This document shows positions 27,725 through 42,387 of a stretch of DNA of 64,000 bases, in pieces (within the stretch, counting starts at the first letter, position 1; every line of letters begins with the position of its first letter). Source of the stretch: the human T2T-CHM13v2.0 reference genome, Homo sapiens; NCBI RefSeq assembly GCF_009914755.1, contig NC_060931.1; one strand, 5' to 3'. A program made the translations under genes and the position numbers. Below the pieces are notes generated by a model. That model saw only the letters and a list, made by a program, of their open reading frames with translations, had not been told where the DNA came from and did no database searches.

Positions 27725-28152
27725 TGGCCAGTGTTTGGGCCATAAGATGTGTAGAGGTTCTAAGGAAAAATACACTTCCAAACTCATTCACATTGCTGGT
27801 CATGTTCAGTTCCTGTGGCTGTAGGACTGAGGCTCCTGTTTTCTTGCTGGCAGTCAGCTGGGGCCACACACTGCTTCTAGAGGTCAACTTGAATTCCTTT
27901 TCGTGTGCCCCACTCCATCTTCAAACCAGCAATGGTGTGTCAGGTCCTTTGTATGCTTTGAGTATTTCTGACTTACGTTTTTAGTTGGAGAAACTCTGGG
28001 TTCATGTACCTAGATCAGGTCCACCTTAATTATTTCCCTGCCTTCAGGTTAAATGTGCTGTAGAATATGACATTGTCACAGAAGTGAGATCTCATCTTTA
28101 GTTACAGGTTCCAGAGTATGGGGCAGAACATTTTTGAATTCTGCCTAGCACA
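27725..28152 (-). mobile_element. MLT1-type MaLR LTR
   Basis: CAGTTCCTGTGGCTGTAGGACTGAGGCTCCTGTTTTCTTGCTGGCAGTCAGCTGGGG...CCATCTTCAAACCAGCAATGG. Confidence 0.8.
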
Positions 28153-30409
28153 GTGTTTATAGTTTATTGATCTGTAGATAGGTTGGGTAAAGGTTCTTCT
28201 TCAGCCAGTAAAATGTCATCTTCTCTGTCTTTTGATTGCAGGGTTTCTATTACCTATGTCCATTTCTTTAAGCCGTTTGGTCTCATATTCCTCTGTGTGT
28301 TACAAGAATTGTATCATGTTATCTATTTCATGTAGAAGTAAGCATGAGAGAAATGAGTGTAAATGGGCTGTTGGCCCTCACAGTAAAATCTGGTATCTAT
28401 TCTAGGGAGATACTCATGTTTTTCTCCTTTTTCACATTGCTGTCGTAGGGTCAGATTCATTTTTCATGGTCATTTTTCTGGTTCTCTTTTAGCATTTGAA
28501 ATTGAGTAGATTGTTTTGATTGTAAGAATGTTTTTTAAAAGTAAATTTTTATTAAAATGTATATATGGAAAGGAAGACAAATAGTATATTGCTTGATAAA
28601 TTTTCACAAAGAGACATGCACATGTAATTAATACCCAAATCAAAGCATTAGAATATTTACTGGTACCCTAGAAGCCTTACCTACTCAATAGCTCCCTTAA
28701 AGGCAGTTTTTTGCTTGCCTGTTAATTTGATGAACTTTCAGCCTTTGAAAAGTCGTTACAAAAAGCCGATGTGTAAAATGTTTGGAGGATAGGATAAGAA
28801 TAGGAGGTGGCTCTTGGAAGTTTGTTTGCTCCTGAGTATGGGACCTAGTGATCAAAGATGAAGTGGAACTAGATACTTTGTCTTCCCTGTAATAGGAAAT
28901 ACACTCCCATTGTATAACTGTAATTTTTACTCATAAAAATGGGTTTTGCACTCAAAGCAAAAGTAGGCTCTTACTTTTACTGTTAAAATAGAAACTGGAA
29001 AACTGTTCTTTAGAAAAGTCATCCTAATGGGTTCAATTTGAGGTAGTTGCTGGTTTTTATATTTTTATTTTTTTGACCAGTGCTTTAAGTTTTTCTCCTG
29101 TAATTTTATTAAACCTATGCCCAGGAAAAAGTAAACGGCAAGATTTCAGAATCTGAAAGTTTCTTACGTTTGAAAGAAAGTCCTCCCATGCTTCATTTTT
29201 CCTAACAGAAGGTAAACTTTCCATGCTGAACTTGTCTCTATTTTTAACAGAGGACAAGCTTTAGGAAACTGTATTCAAGCCACATATAGTGTGGTAGATT
29301 CTGGTGGTGGAGCAGCTATTAGTTATGTTTCTCTGGAACTGCATTTATCATCACTGTTACCAAAAGCATCCTAGGTTCCTTGGGAAGAAGATCTTAAAGT
29401 TCTCTACCAAACCACTTTTTTTTTTTGGTGATGCTTCAGTCTCACAGGTGATGCTTAAAACACAGATTCTGATGTGGAGATTTGAGATCTTACAACCATA
29501 GATCATATGTTAAACATTGACTACACAAGGATTCGTGATCTGAGCATTAATAGCCTGTTTTTTTCCTAATTGCATGTTTTATAGTAATCCTAACCTTTAA
29601 TATATAAGATCCTAACCTTTATATTTAACGTCTTAACCTATTGCTCTGTATTTCTTTAATGCCATGGATTATTGCTTACAGTTATAAATGAAATAAGTAA
29701 TTTTACTTTATATTTTCATTGATATTCAACGAATACCAATTTAAGGAGAGAAACATAGATATACTTTTAAAGAATTTAAGCGTGGCACTTAAGATTCTTT
29801 TTATTATAATAAGCATGTGAAGAAGCTCTTTTTCTGTAATCCTAGTTCCCAGGGGCCAAAATGATGATTAATTACAGACAATAGGTTTATAAAAGTAACC
29901 GTTTCCATCATAGAAGTGTCATAAAAGATTAAAGGGTGTATCAACAAAATGAACCAGCTTCCTGTGTAAAATTATTAATATTGCTAAATAATGTAGCCTT
30001 ATATCTGTTACAAAAGTACCAGAAAAATTGCTGGATAATGTGTTACAAATTTTTTACAAATTACATAGATAATCCTCAGTTCTGTTGAATTTCTCTGACA
30101 TTCTGCTCAACTAGTTTTTCCTGTGCAGAAAAATCTTAACAGGTTGATGTTACAGGAAAAGTGGCATGCTTTTAGAAACCATGACTAGGCTGCCTGAATC
30201 AAACATCCTCCCTTTGAGAGGCCTAGGAAAGAACCATCTCTCTTGGTTGTATCCAGGGTACACTCTCATAGGGATAAAGAGCCAACCAAATAAAAGGGCA
30301 GACATATACTTAGCTGTACCTATCTATCCTAATGTGTGTATATATAGTGAAGCTATTGTACAATATTTCTTAATGTAACTTAATAAGGTAGTTAGTTTTT
30401 TAGCCTCCT

Positions 30410-31220
30410 AATGGCTTAGTGTTTATAAAAATGATACTCGTTCACTGCAAATTGTAGAGTATATAAAAGTGTAGAGAAAGTAGAAATCAACAGAAATCCT
30501 TTTCCCTCGAGATAACCGTTGTTAACATTTTGGTGAACATGTTTCTAGAAATCTCTATGGTTATATACATATGTAAAAGTGTACATATCTAATGGGATCA
30601 AATTATATGCTGTTTTGTATTCTCTCAGTCCACAACTTGCCAGTTTTCAAATCTGTAAATGTAGATATATATTATTTTCAATGGATGTATGCTCTTCCAC
30701 TGTGAGTCATAGTTTAGTTTACTCTGATATCACTAGACATTGAAGTTGTTTTAGTTCTTCATTATAAACTATGCTATGATGAATACAGTTGTCTGGTAAT
30801 TCTGTTAGTTTAGGGTAAATACTTTGAAGTAGGATTGCTGGCTCATACAGTATGTCTTGTTTCCCGCCACAGAGCTGCCCTTTGGAAAGGTAGTGTTAGT
30901 TTACACATCCACTGAGTCCTCATTGCTACATCTTCTCACCAACACTGCTTTCTAAATTAATTATTTCAATTCATTTATTTTTTATTTAATTTTTTATCAT
31001 GGAAAATGTAAATACATGCAATGGTAGAGTATGCATCTATCACTCAGTTTAAGTAATTTCAACTCATGGCTAATTTTGGTTCATCTACATCCCACCTGTT
31101 TTCCTTCTTTTCATTTTGTGAAGCAAGAGGCTTCTCAGGCTGTCATTTAACCTGTGATACCTCACTTTTATTTACATCTGTTTATTACTGAAATGAGTAT
31201 TTTTTAAATATACTTACTGG
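30410..31220 (-). mobile_element. Degenerate L1M (ME/MC) 3' fragments
   Basis: AGATAACCGTTGTTAACATTTTGGTG, AATGGGATCA..TATGCTGTTTTG, GTAGGATTGCTGGCTCATA. Confidence 0.6.
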
Positions 31221-31394
31221 GTACAAAGTGGTTATAAACTTTAATAGTGAGTTAATTGATTTTCTTCCTGTGGGTTTACACCAATTGCAAAAGTGTAATT
31301 TAGCTCTTAGGTTGAATAATCTTAAGCTGATTTAATCTTAAGTCAGATGTAAAGATAATGTTCAGTTCCAGAAAGGTAACCAGACTCTGAGCTG

Positions 31395-31622
31395 GTTAGG
31401 TAGCAGCTGCAGCGTTTGGTCCTGGGTGTGACATCTTAAGAAGAATATTGACAAATGAGCATTTCCAGAAGAGAGTGACCAGCATGGTGATATTAGAGAA
31501 TAGTGTCACACAGGGAATGGTTGAAGGAACCAGGTGGGGATCTTCAGTTTAGAGAAGACAGAAATTTGAGGGACGAGGCTGATGAATGGAGACAGCTATC
31601 TGCAGATTTGTCATGTGGAAGG
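31395..31622 (+). mobile_element. CR1/L3 LINE fragment
   Basis: AAGAAGAATATTGACAAA...CCAGAAGAGAGTGACCAGCATGGTG...GGAATGGTTGAAGGAAC...TTCAGTTTAGAGAAGA. Confidence 0.7.
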
Positions 31623-31924
31623 TTTCAGGGATAACAAGGAAGAAGCTGCTAATTAAGTAGCAATAAATTTTATCTCCTCTCTGGCTGCTTAGCTTTTATT
31701 GATTTTATTTATATACAGCTGCTGGAAGCAAGAGACTGGTTTTGTGATTAAAATGATGCTTTTGGGTTTCTAGGAAACCCTGAGATGATCTTTGTCAGGT
31801 TTTACTTCACATACCCATCTCTCCAAACAGGGATTTAGCGTTGAGATTTAAAGCGGTTTTGCCATATAAGAAAATATTTTTCAGTAGAGAAAAATAATAT
31901 TCCAACTGAAAGCTGTCCAGTATA

Positions 31925-32200
31925 GGCCCAGAATCCCATATCTGTAGTTCCAAAATAAAAAAAAAATCCTGACAGCAGAATGTTTCCTAACTCATTTAGA
32001 AGCAAAACTTGACCTGAATGACTGTGTCTTTATTTATCCTACTTGATGTGAATATTCATACATTTCTTTGCAGAAATAGTAATGTGTTTGATTACGGTAT
32101 GCTTTTCCATACCCCAGGAATATTATGTAATGCTGTAATTACCCATCGAAAACTCATGTCTGAATTCTTAACACTTCTGGCACAGAGGGTGTGTATACCT
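31925..32200. mobile_element. Tigger-derived MITE (MER46C-like)
   Basis: GTGAATATTCATACATTTCTTTGCAGAAATAGTAATGTGTTTGATTACGG recalled as MER46C-like. Confidence 0.5.
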
Positions 32201-34002
32201 ATAGTTGTCGTTCTGTCGTATGTTGAATTATATGCGGTGTGTTTTGATACCCTATCACTATGCATGTGTAAAAAGGGAATGATAGTGCTTTTCCTGTTTG
32301 TCCCTCTGGAGGCTGTGAAAATTAGATTACTATGTGGAGCATATTCAGAATAGAACTGCCTAAAAATAACGTGTTACTGGTATGGTATTCTTATTCTGTG
32401 TGTGTTTAACTTTCTGCCCGAAGATAATTGGGAAGAATAATGTGGAAATCTGTAGTTGAAATATTATAACTGTTGAACAAAGAGATGTCTTCCAGAGGCA
32501 AAATGACAAATGATATTTAAAAAATATTTTCACTTTATCCAATCTGATTAGTATATTGTGGTGTTATTTTGAATTATTTGAAATGAAGTAATATATCATA
32601 AAACAGAATTAGGCTTATTTTAAGGTCTACACTTATGAGCTCTTACAATTTGCTTTTAGATATATATATTGAAGTTACTTGTAAATGATGATGATGATTT
32701 CATTTTAGATCATGCTAACATTCTAGTTCAGATGATCTGGGTTGCTTGTATTAGTGTGGCAAGACCCAAACTTCACACAGAAAGGAAAGGCAGTATGATT
32801 TCTAAAATATTTACTTATATATATAAAAAAACTTGGTTAAAATCAAACAGCAGAAAAATGTATTATATAAAAGTCTCCTTCCCCTAATCCTTGTACTCAA
32901 AGATAACTGGTATGATTTTTTTTGTGTATTTTTTTCATAAAATCTTTTTATGTTAGTATATATTTCAAAAATTCATACAAATAGGATGATGCGCTCTCCA
33001 TTTCATCCCTCTTTTACTTATGTGCCTTAGAAATCTTTCCATGACCACACACATAGATCTATTCTCCTTTTAGTGACTGAAGTATTCCACATGGACTATA
33101 CAGTTCAGTTAGTTCAGGTCATGGGCTGTTAGGTTGTTTGGTTGTCTTTTTTGTTTGTTTTAAAGTAAGTAGAAGTGATCATGCAGTGAACAACTTTGTG
33201 CAGTTTGACATATTTTTCTAAGAAAATCAAAAGGTAGATTCCTAGCATGGAAATGTAAGGAATCATTTAAATATACTGATAATGCTGGATTACCCAAACC
33301 AAAGGTCTCATCAATGTAGTCTTTTACGATGTTCACCGATGCCGTTTATCCCCTCTCTTGCTACTGCTAGACATTATTTAAGTAGGTACGTCTTTAAATG
33401 CATTTTTCATTTAAATTAATTTATATTTTGTTAATGACAAATTAAATTTGAAGAAAAGGTTATATATGTATGAGGCATATCATTTTACATTTTGCAGATA
33501 ATGGTTGGTACTCATTTAAGCTCCCAAAACTCTTGGTTCTAAACCACGTCCATGAGGCACTCTTTGATGACTCTGGGGAAAAGCAGATTCTTTCCTCTCT
33601 TCTCATTTTGATCTCCTTGGGAGGAAACAAGCTCCTTTTTCATATACTTTTTTGAAAACAGCTTTATTCAAGATACAATTCACCTACCATATAATTCATC
33701 TATTGAAAGTGTACAATTCAATAGTTTTTAGGATATTTAGAGTTCAGAGTTGTGCAACTCTCAGTAGTCAATTTCAGAGTATTTTCTTCTCCCTAAAAGA
33801 AGCCTCACCCTTCTTAGCTATAATCACGCCACATCTTCACACCCTACCCTAGGGGAACCATTAATCTACTTTGCGTCTCTATAGATTTGCCTTTTCTGGA
33901 CATTTCATATAAGTAGAATCATCCGGGATGTCATTTTTGACTGGCTGCTTTAACTTGGTGTGCTGTTTTCCACACTCATCCATTTTGTGGTATGTATTAC
34001 TA

Positions 34003-34327
34003 CAGTTGGTTCTCTGCATTGGTGCATTCTACATCTGGTGTTCAACCACAGATTAAGAATACTTAAAAAACTGCATCTGTACTGAACATATGCACACTTA
34101 TTTTTGTCATTATTCCCTAACCAATGCAGTATAACAACTACTTATATAGCATTTATACTTTATTAGGTATTATAAGTAATCTAGCGATGACTTAATATAT
34201 GAGAGGGTGTGCATAGCTTATATGCAAATACTATGCTGTTTTATATCAGCTACTTGAGCATTCATGGATTTTGGTATGCATAGGAGGTCCTGGAACCAAT
34301 CCGCTATGGATACCAAGTAGATGTCTA
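34003..34327. mobile_element. MER2 (Tigger-type) MITE
   Basis: GTCATTATTCCCTAACCAATGCAGTATAACAACTA...TATTAGGTATTATAAGTAATCTAG...GGTCCTGGAACCAATCC; TA flanks. Confidence 0.85.
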
Positions 34328-34991
34328 TACTTCATTCCTTTTTATGGCTAAATAGTATTTCATTGTATGTATATGTCACCTTTTTTTTCCCATTTACCAG
34401 TTGATTAACAGATATTTGGGTTATTTTCACTTTCTGGTGTCTGTGAATAATGCTGGCACATACTGATTTCATGTGGACATATGTTTTCATTTCTCTTGGG
34501 TATGTACCTACAGGTGGAATTGCTGGGTCATATAGTAACTGTTTAAGCATTTGATGAACTGCTAGTTTCCTAAGTGGCTGCATTAGTTTACATTTCCAAT
34601 ACCAATGTGTGAGGGTTCCAATTTCTAACACTTATTTTCCTTTTTTAAAATAATCATCTCCTGTGGTTTAAATGTGTTCCCTAAATTTTATGTGTTGGAA
34701 ACTTCATCCTCAAATTCATATGTTGATTGGAGGTGGGCCTGTGGGAGGTAATTAGGATTAGATAAAGGTCATCAGGGTGAGGCCTCCATGATGAGACTGT
34801 TGGCTTTGTAAGAAGAGAAAGAGATTTGCACTGACATGCATGTGTTTGCATTGTTTTGTCATGTGATGCATCTTGCCATGTCATGATACAGCAGGAAGGC
34901 CCTCACCAGATGCCAGTGCCATGGTCTTGGACTTCATAGCCTGCAGAACCATGAGCTATGTCAACTTTTCTTTATGAATTACCCAGTCTAG

Positions 34992-35284
34992 GGCTAGGCA
35001 CGGTGACTCATGCCTGCAATCTCAACACTTTGGGAGGCCAAGGCAAGAAGACTGCTTGAGAACAGGAATTCGAGACAATGTGGGCAACATAACAAAACCA
35101 TTTCGCTTAAAAAAAAAAAAAAAAAAAAAACCAGTTGTGGTGGTGTACCTGTAGTCCTATCTACTTGGAAGGCTGAGTTGGGAGGATTGCTTGAGTCCAG
35201 GAGGCTGCAGTAAACTTTGATCCTGTCATTGCACTCCAGCCTGGATGACAGAGTAAGACCCTGTCTCTTAAAAAACATAAAAAT
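34992..35284 (+). mobile_element. AluJ element
   Basis: Diverged dimer with long A linker; ACCCAGTCTA duplicated at 34981-34990 and 35590-35599. Confidence 0.9.
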
Positions 35285-35286
35285 AG

Positions 35287-35609
<323 letters not shown>

Positions 35610-38019
35610 TTACAGCAACAGAATATAGACAAGTGCATGATCCTAATAAGTGTGAAGTGGTATTTTGTGGTTTTTACTTGTACTTCCTCAATGGCTAATA
35701 ATGTTGAGCATCTTTTCATGTGCGTATTGTCCATTTGCATATCTTCTTTGGGGAAATACATATCAGATCCTTTGCCCGTTTTTTACATTAGTTGTCTTAC
35801 TGAGTTGTAATAATTCTTTTTATATTAGATATAAGTGCTTTATCAGGTATGATTTTCAATCTGTGGGTCCTCTTTTCACTTTCTTGATGGCATTCATTGA
35901 AGTGCAAAAGCGTTTAATTCTGATGTCCACTTTATCTTTTGTTGTGCTTTTGGTGTCATAGCTGAACACAAGTCTTTAAAGGATGAATTTGCTTGGTGAA
36001 ACACCTTTCCTTTGGATACCAGGTTCATAAGATTGGACACAGTCAACATTTTTTTTTTTGATCTCAATCACTTATTCCTTGAAGATAATCTCAGATGCAG
36101 CTTATTTTAAGGCAGTCCAAATTAGTTGACTTTCAGATGTGTTATTTGGAAATACTTTTAAAGGTATTTTGATAAGAAAATTTAAGTTTTACAATAAAAT
36201 GTAACCTTGCAATGTAGCTTTGCATTTTATGGTAAACATTAGTTACTGCTTAATTTACAGGTACTAAAAATCAACTACTTCAATTTCAGAATGTAACTTT
36301 CTCATGCCTTATTTTATTTCGACCAGTATTAAGCCTCTTTATGCTTAGAAGATGGTGTTGAATCTGTTTCAGGTTAAAAAATACTTTATTCAAACTATTA
36401 TTTTCTTAAAAGTTAATATGTCTAAAGTTTTTGAAAGACACTGATCACTGAGATGTTTGGAGATTTAAACTGGTTTATTTTTGGTTATCCATGGAAAACT
36501 TTAAAAAATTTCTTTATTGAATTATAGTTTTAAGTCTCCTTATTTTATTCTCGATGATTAATGTACAGGGCGTGGCTTACTTATAAGTGTGACTAAAGTT
36601 GTGCAAATTAATCCTAGCAGGGCTCCATCCTTTAATGTCAGTGCCGTCAGTTGTTCTCCCCTTATTCCTATTATTCTGGCATTATATCTTATCTGTATGT
36701 AAATTCTTATTCTGTGGGTGAAAAGGGATATGGTTCAACAGGATCCAAGAACTTAAAAATTGCCCTTTTTCACATTTCTCATAAGTAGTAAGTCTCCTAA
36801 AGCGAAGTCAGAGTCATTATAAAGGCATGATAATGGAGTCTGTTATCTATTTGGAAAAACAACTTTTATTGCCATTTATAATAAATGTAAATGGCCTGCC
36901 ATTTATTTTAGAATTACTGTGTTTCTAGGCCCTAGAAAGGCTCTGCATTTTATAATTAAAGTTAGTAGAGGCTAGAACAACTTATAGGAATGTCATAATG
37001 TGCTGTAGGGGACAGTGATACTTTTAAAGGTTCTGACATTCAGCCAGTAAGGTGCTTCTAGTTCCAGATAACTTCTTTTCCCCCCAGGAATAGATACAGA
37101 AAATATTTTTGGTAAATCTGCCAAGTTTTTTATGTGATTCTCATTATGTTAAATTTTATTATCAGTGCCTAAATAATGCTAACATTTTAAGTTAAACAGT
37201 TATTCAGCTTACCACTTTGACATTACCACTGATTAGAATTGAAGGCTAAGTTGAGCCTGGGGAACGAGCCTCTTTGTCCAGAAAAGGGCTCTTAGATTTT
37301 TCCCTGTCAGTGTATTGTAACCTTTTATAAGGGCAGCGCCAAGAAAGGAGAAGCTGCTACTTGGGGCATTGTGTTTGACTTTGGTATTCTCACAGGTATG
37401 CTGTCTAGGAAAGAGTTCAGGTCTCCTGCTTAAGAAATTGGGAACTAGGCTGCTTCCTGTGGTTCTGTTGCTTTGTCGGGGGAGGGAGGGTACCTGATTT
37501 CTACTGAAGGCCAAAATGCAGAGTCAATATGGCCGGTTATTGGCAAAAATTATGATATTTAGAAACTTTTGGAATGTCTGCAATGTTTTCTAGACATTCT
37601 AGGGAGGTCACTGGTGTTTGGAAAGTACATACAAATGGTGTATGAAAGGAGTGTGCCATTTTCTGCAGAGGTGTTCGTTACATTTCATAACCTTATGTTG
37701 CCATTTAATGAGGTCAAAGAGGTTTCTTGACTGTGACTATGGAATGCTTATCTTTTGTTCTGTCTTGATCTCCTCCTGTCTGTGTCTCTCATTATCTCTG
37801 ACTACTTGTATGTTGGCAGTGGCTTTATTTCCTTTCACACTCAGCCTGGATTCCAGGCTCATCTCTAACTCCTACATCAGAACCCTGAACTGGCTTGTCT
37901 GTTTTGTAATCTGCCCTACCATGCATACCCCTAACCTAGCACAAACGCCCTACCCTTCCCTTCTCTTGTACCCATGTGGCTCAGCACTTCTGGATAAATT
38001 AGAACAACTTTGACGATGG

Positions 38020-38520
38020 TATTGGTCAGGGTTCGATTATCGAGGACAGACTCTAATTCTTCCTACTTTAAGCAGAAAGCAGTTTATTACAGGGAATTAA
38101 ATTTCTTGGTGAATTGTTGAGGGTACTTAGAAACGCTCCTAGCAGGTTGTGCTAGAGTATAATTCCCAAGGCTGCCCTGTGGAACTGGACTGCCAGGGTG
38201 GCCAGCATCCTAGCCCAGGCATGGGGCTACTGATTTGGCTGTTGCTGCTCCACTGCTGGCCCCAGAACCACACCACCTTGGCCGCTGTCCACAAGAGTAA
38301 AGTGGCTACATCACACTTAGTTTCTCTCCCCACTTAGTTCAGTTTCATTCTTAACCCAGTTGGACCATACCATTTGTGTTTTGCATGGTTCATGTTTATC
38401 ATGATCTGACGGAACCTAAATCTAGAGCAGAACCCCAATGTGGTTTTTCAGCTTTCCAGACTCTGCAGGGCTAGAAGGTGGGAGTAGATTGAAGTGAGTC
38501 AATCTGCAGTATTTTCCACA
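38020..38520. mobile_element. Old LTR remnant (MLT1/ERVL-type)
   Basis: TATTGGTCAGGGTTC...TTTAAGCAGAAAGCAGTTTATTACAGGGAATT terminus-like motif. Confidence 0.45.
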
Positions 38521-39059
38521 TTTATGGTTTCCGAGTATAGCTGGCTCTTCAAGATTGTTTTGTAGTCCTTTCACCTTTCCTTGATAGGTTGACTTGTTTG
38601 CTGATGAAAGCAGCAGTTCTCATTCTACGCTGGCCTCTTTCATTCTCATTAGATGGTGGAGCCTACGCTTGAGAGAAGAAGCTGTCGGGTACGAACTCCA
38701 CTTAATTGTCCTCCTGTTCTTCCCTGCCGTCCCTTTCAAATGACCACAGGTAGCTGTCATAGCCCCGTAGAGAGTGTGAGAAAGCACAGGCAGGAGTCAG
38801 CAAGGTTGCTGGGAGGACTGAGGCTCTCGGAGGTGGATCCTGGAGGTGAGAGGGCCAGGTGTGAGGACAGGAGCACGTTCCAGAGGCCCCACGACAGCCT
38901 CGCCCAGCACATGGCACCATTCTTCACTTACAATCCAGGGCACTCTACTTTCCTGTCTTGCTGGTGGCAGCTCATTCTGTTTCCTTCGTTGAATCTTCCC
39001 TTCCTATCCTCAGGTTCAGTCCTTATTCTGTTCTTGACTTCTCTTTGTGGACAATCTCC

Positions 39060-39842
39060 TTAGTTTATCTCTAGCTTCAACCTTTCCCAGAAGTCTAGAG
39101 GTATATTTCCAATGGTCGGTCATCTTAGATAGCTCATAGGCTTCTCACATCTAATATGTTTGAAACCACTCTTGATTTTTCTTTTTTTTCAAATCTCTCT
39201 CACTTAGTGTCTCCCATTTTAATAAGTGGCTTTATCATTTACCCAGTAAGTCAGGCCCCAAATCTTGGAGTTATCCTTCATTTTTTTTCTTCTCTAATTT
39301 ATCACCCTGAATCCCATTAGTAAATTCTGTTTTCTCTGCTTTTAAAACATACCCTGAAACCAGTCACTTATAATCAGCCTTATTGCTGCCATTCCAGGCC
39401 ACCATCATCACTAATAAGCCTTATAAATGGTGGCCCTAACTTTTAACTTCTGTATCCAGTTGCCAGAGTGACATAAACCTAAATCATGTCTTTCCACTGC
39501 TCACTTAGATTATAAATCCTATTGCACTTAGAATACAATTTAAAGTCCTTGCTGTGGCCTACAAGGTTCTGTGTGGATGGTCCCAGTTATCTTTCTTTAT
39601 TTACCCCCTAAGCATTATCCACCTGGCTTACCAAGTTACTTCCAAGCTGTCTCCTGATTGTTCTCTATTTAAAACAACTGCTTTATTAACTTACTGGGAT
39701 AAGATACATAATGGTACTTATCTTTTTTTTTTTTTCTGTTCCCCAGTAGACTATAAGCTTCATAGGTAGGAATGTTATTTTGCTTCTTGTGTTATCTTTT
39801 CTTCACCTGGTACATAGTAGGTGCTCAAATATTTGCCAAATG
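39060..39842 (+). mobile_element. L2 3' region
   Basis: AAATCTTGGAGTTATCCTT, GCACTTAGAATACAATTTAAAGTCCTT, AGACTATAAGCTTCAT, CCTGGTACATAGTAGGTGCTCAAATATTTG. Confidence 0.85.
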
Positions 39843-42387
39843 GAAGATGGGGACAGGGAAATTATTCTACAGGTCTTGTCTTAATTGGAAGATTGAAGGA
39901 TAAGAGGGTCTTTGTGGAGAAAGTAGTCTGTAAGAAATAGTAGTAAAATATGGGACTGATCACTACTGCCAGGAAGAGGAAAGTAAGCACTAGAACTTTC
40001 AAATTCACAGAAGCAAAAATGAAATGAATAGTAATCCAACCAGACCAGTGGGAGTCAGGAAAGGAAAAGTAGAAACTGTGCAAGATAGAAAAGAAAGATG
40101 AAGAAATGGGAATGGGCCAGAGATTTACTGTCTTACCAAGGTGGAGCAGCCCCATTTCTCTCTACCCTCTTAGGACTCAAAATCCCTGGACTTCATATAA
40201 CAAAGAAGCATAGGAAGATGCTGAAAGGTGGAGAGAAGACTGTGGCCACTCTAGAGTCCTGGGGACTTGAGAAATGACAAGGGTGTCAGTTCCCCTCCTT
40301 ACTATCTCCCACATGTCTAGTACAGGGCACTGCAGAAGCCTCCATCCCTGAACCACCAGTAGGCACAGACAGCAAAACTCTGAGAAGAGCCTGTTCCCCA
40401 TAGCCAGAGGACAGGGGAAGGGAGGGTGGTCTAACAAAACAGAGCTTTTGTCAGTACTCACTCTGCTCCAGCTAAACCAAGGAAACTGCCCTCCTCCCTT
40501 CCCAGGCTTCGAGAGCAGGCAGCATGCTTCGGTTCCCCACCCAGAGGCTGAAGGCATGCCTGAGCAGAGAGTTAATCTTTTATATCCTGCCTGGCAGAAG
40601 CAGGTGGTACTTCAATTCCCCTGTCAGGTGGTGCTGACAGCGCCTAGTGGGGAGCTGATCTTCCACCCTCTGCCTGGTAGGAGCAGGTGATGCTCTGACT
40701 TCTCTGCCAGGGTAGTGTCAGCAAGGCCCAGGTTAGGGCCATTTCCAGCCCCCACCAGCCACAATGAGGTGGTGCTAGCAGGGGGCTAATTACCATTACA
40801 CTTGACCTCTTCCATCCCCATCATCCCCTGGTGGGGAGGTGTGAGCCTCCACACCCACTGGTGGCAAATGAGGTATGGAGGAGCGGAGCATGCTGGCACT
40901 CCCCACCTCCCCGCCCCTCCTTTGGTATAAATAGGGCCCCCGGGGGTCCTGAACTTCTGCTCCTGGATGCAGCAACAAACTGGCATGGCTTAGCCCTTGG
41001 CTTTCCCTTCCCTGTGGTAGCTTGGCCCAGAGGGTAGCTGATCTTACACAGAGGCAACAGAAATGGTGAGTTGGAGCCACACTTTGGCTGGGAAAGTGTC
41101 AGTGAGCTGAACTCTCACCCCATCTGTCTGCAACAAGGCAATGTGAGTCATCACCCCACTTTTGTCAGGGTGATGGTGGGGAGTGGGGGGCTAGTGGGTA
41201 GCTGAATGTGCATACCCACTCATCCCTGGTATTAATGCCTTTTTAGCAGGGAAGCTGCCCACTAAAAGATTAAATTTGATCTGGGGTCTCTTAATATCAA
41301 AAACATATAGGATACAATTCATACCAATTTATACAATTCTACAGATCACTCATACCAAGATCCAGGAATATCACCTATGAATGAGAAAGGACCATCAGCA
41401 GGTGCTAACTGATTTATCTGACAAGGATTTGAAAGCTGCTATGATAAAATGTTTCAACAAGCTATTACAAATTCTTTTGAAACAAAACATTAGAAATTCT
41501 CAGCCAAGAAATAAAAATAATTTATTAAAAACCAAAAAGAAATGATAGAACTGAAAAATAATGATAGTTTAAAAATACTGAATGGGCTCAATAGAGTGGC
41601 AATGGCAGGCTGAGAATCAGTGAACTTGAAGACAGAAAATTAGAATCTGCCCAATGTGAAAAAAATAGACTGGAAAAAAAAAGTCTCATAGACCTCTGGA
41701 GTGATGATAAAAGAGATAACACTTGTGTTGTTGCAGTTTCAGAAGGAAAGAATAGAGTGGGACCAAAAAAAAAAAATCTGAAGAAATAATCTGACTATAA
41801 TTTCTCAAATTTGGTGAAAGACAGAAAGCTGTAGATCTAAGAAGCTGAGTGAGCCCCAGACAGGATCAACCCAAAGGAATCTGTGCCAAGACACATCCTG
41901 ATTAAACTTGTGCAAGGCAGATACAGGAAAGCTACTGAAAGTAGCTGGAGTTTAACAATGTGTAATTTGTAGGGGAAAACCAGTCCAAATGAGAGGAGCC
42001 TTCTCATCTGGAATGATGGTGGCCAGAAGAAAAGCAGCACAACATTTTTCAAGTACTGAAAGAAACAACCATTAACCACCAATTCTATATGCAACAAAAA
42101 TGTCTTTCAGGAATGAGGGGAAAAGGAAAACTTTCTTGCATGAAGGAAAACAAGTTGTGGTTGGTTACCAAGCATACCCTTAAAAACTAGGTAAAAGTTC
42201 TTTAAATGAATGGAAACGAAAACATAAGGCTCTGAATTTCAGAAAGGACTGGAATGGGCAAATATAGGGGCACATGTAATAGACTTTTTATGAGTTATAT
42301 TTGGTTGAAGCAAAATTTTAATGTAATATGATGTAGTAAATATATGCCGCGGAAATATTTAAGACATGCTTAAAAAGTGGGGAAGGG

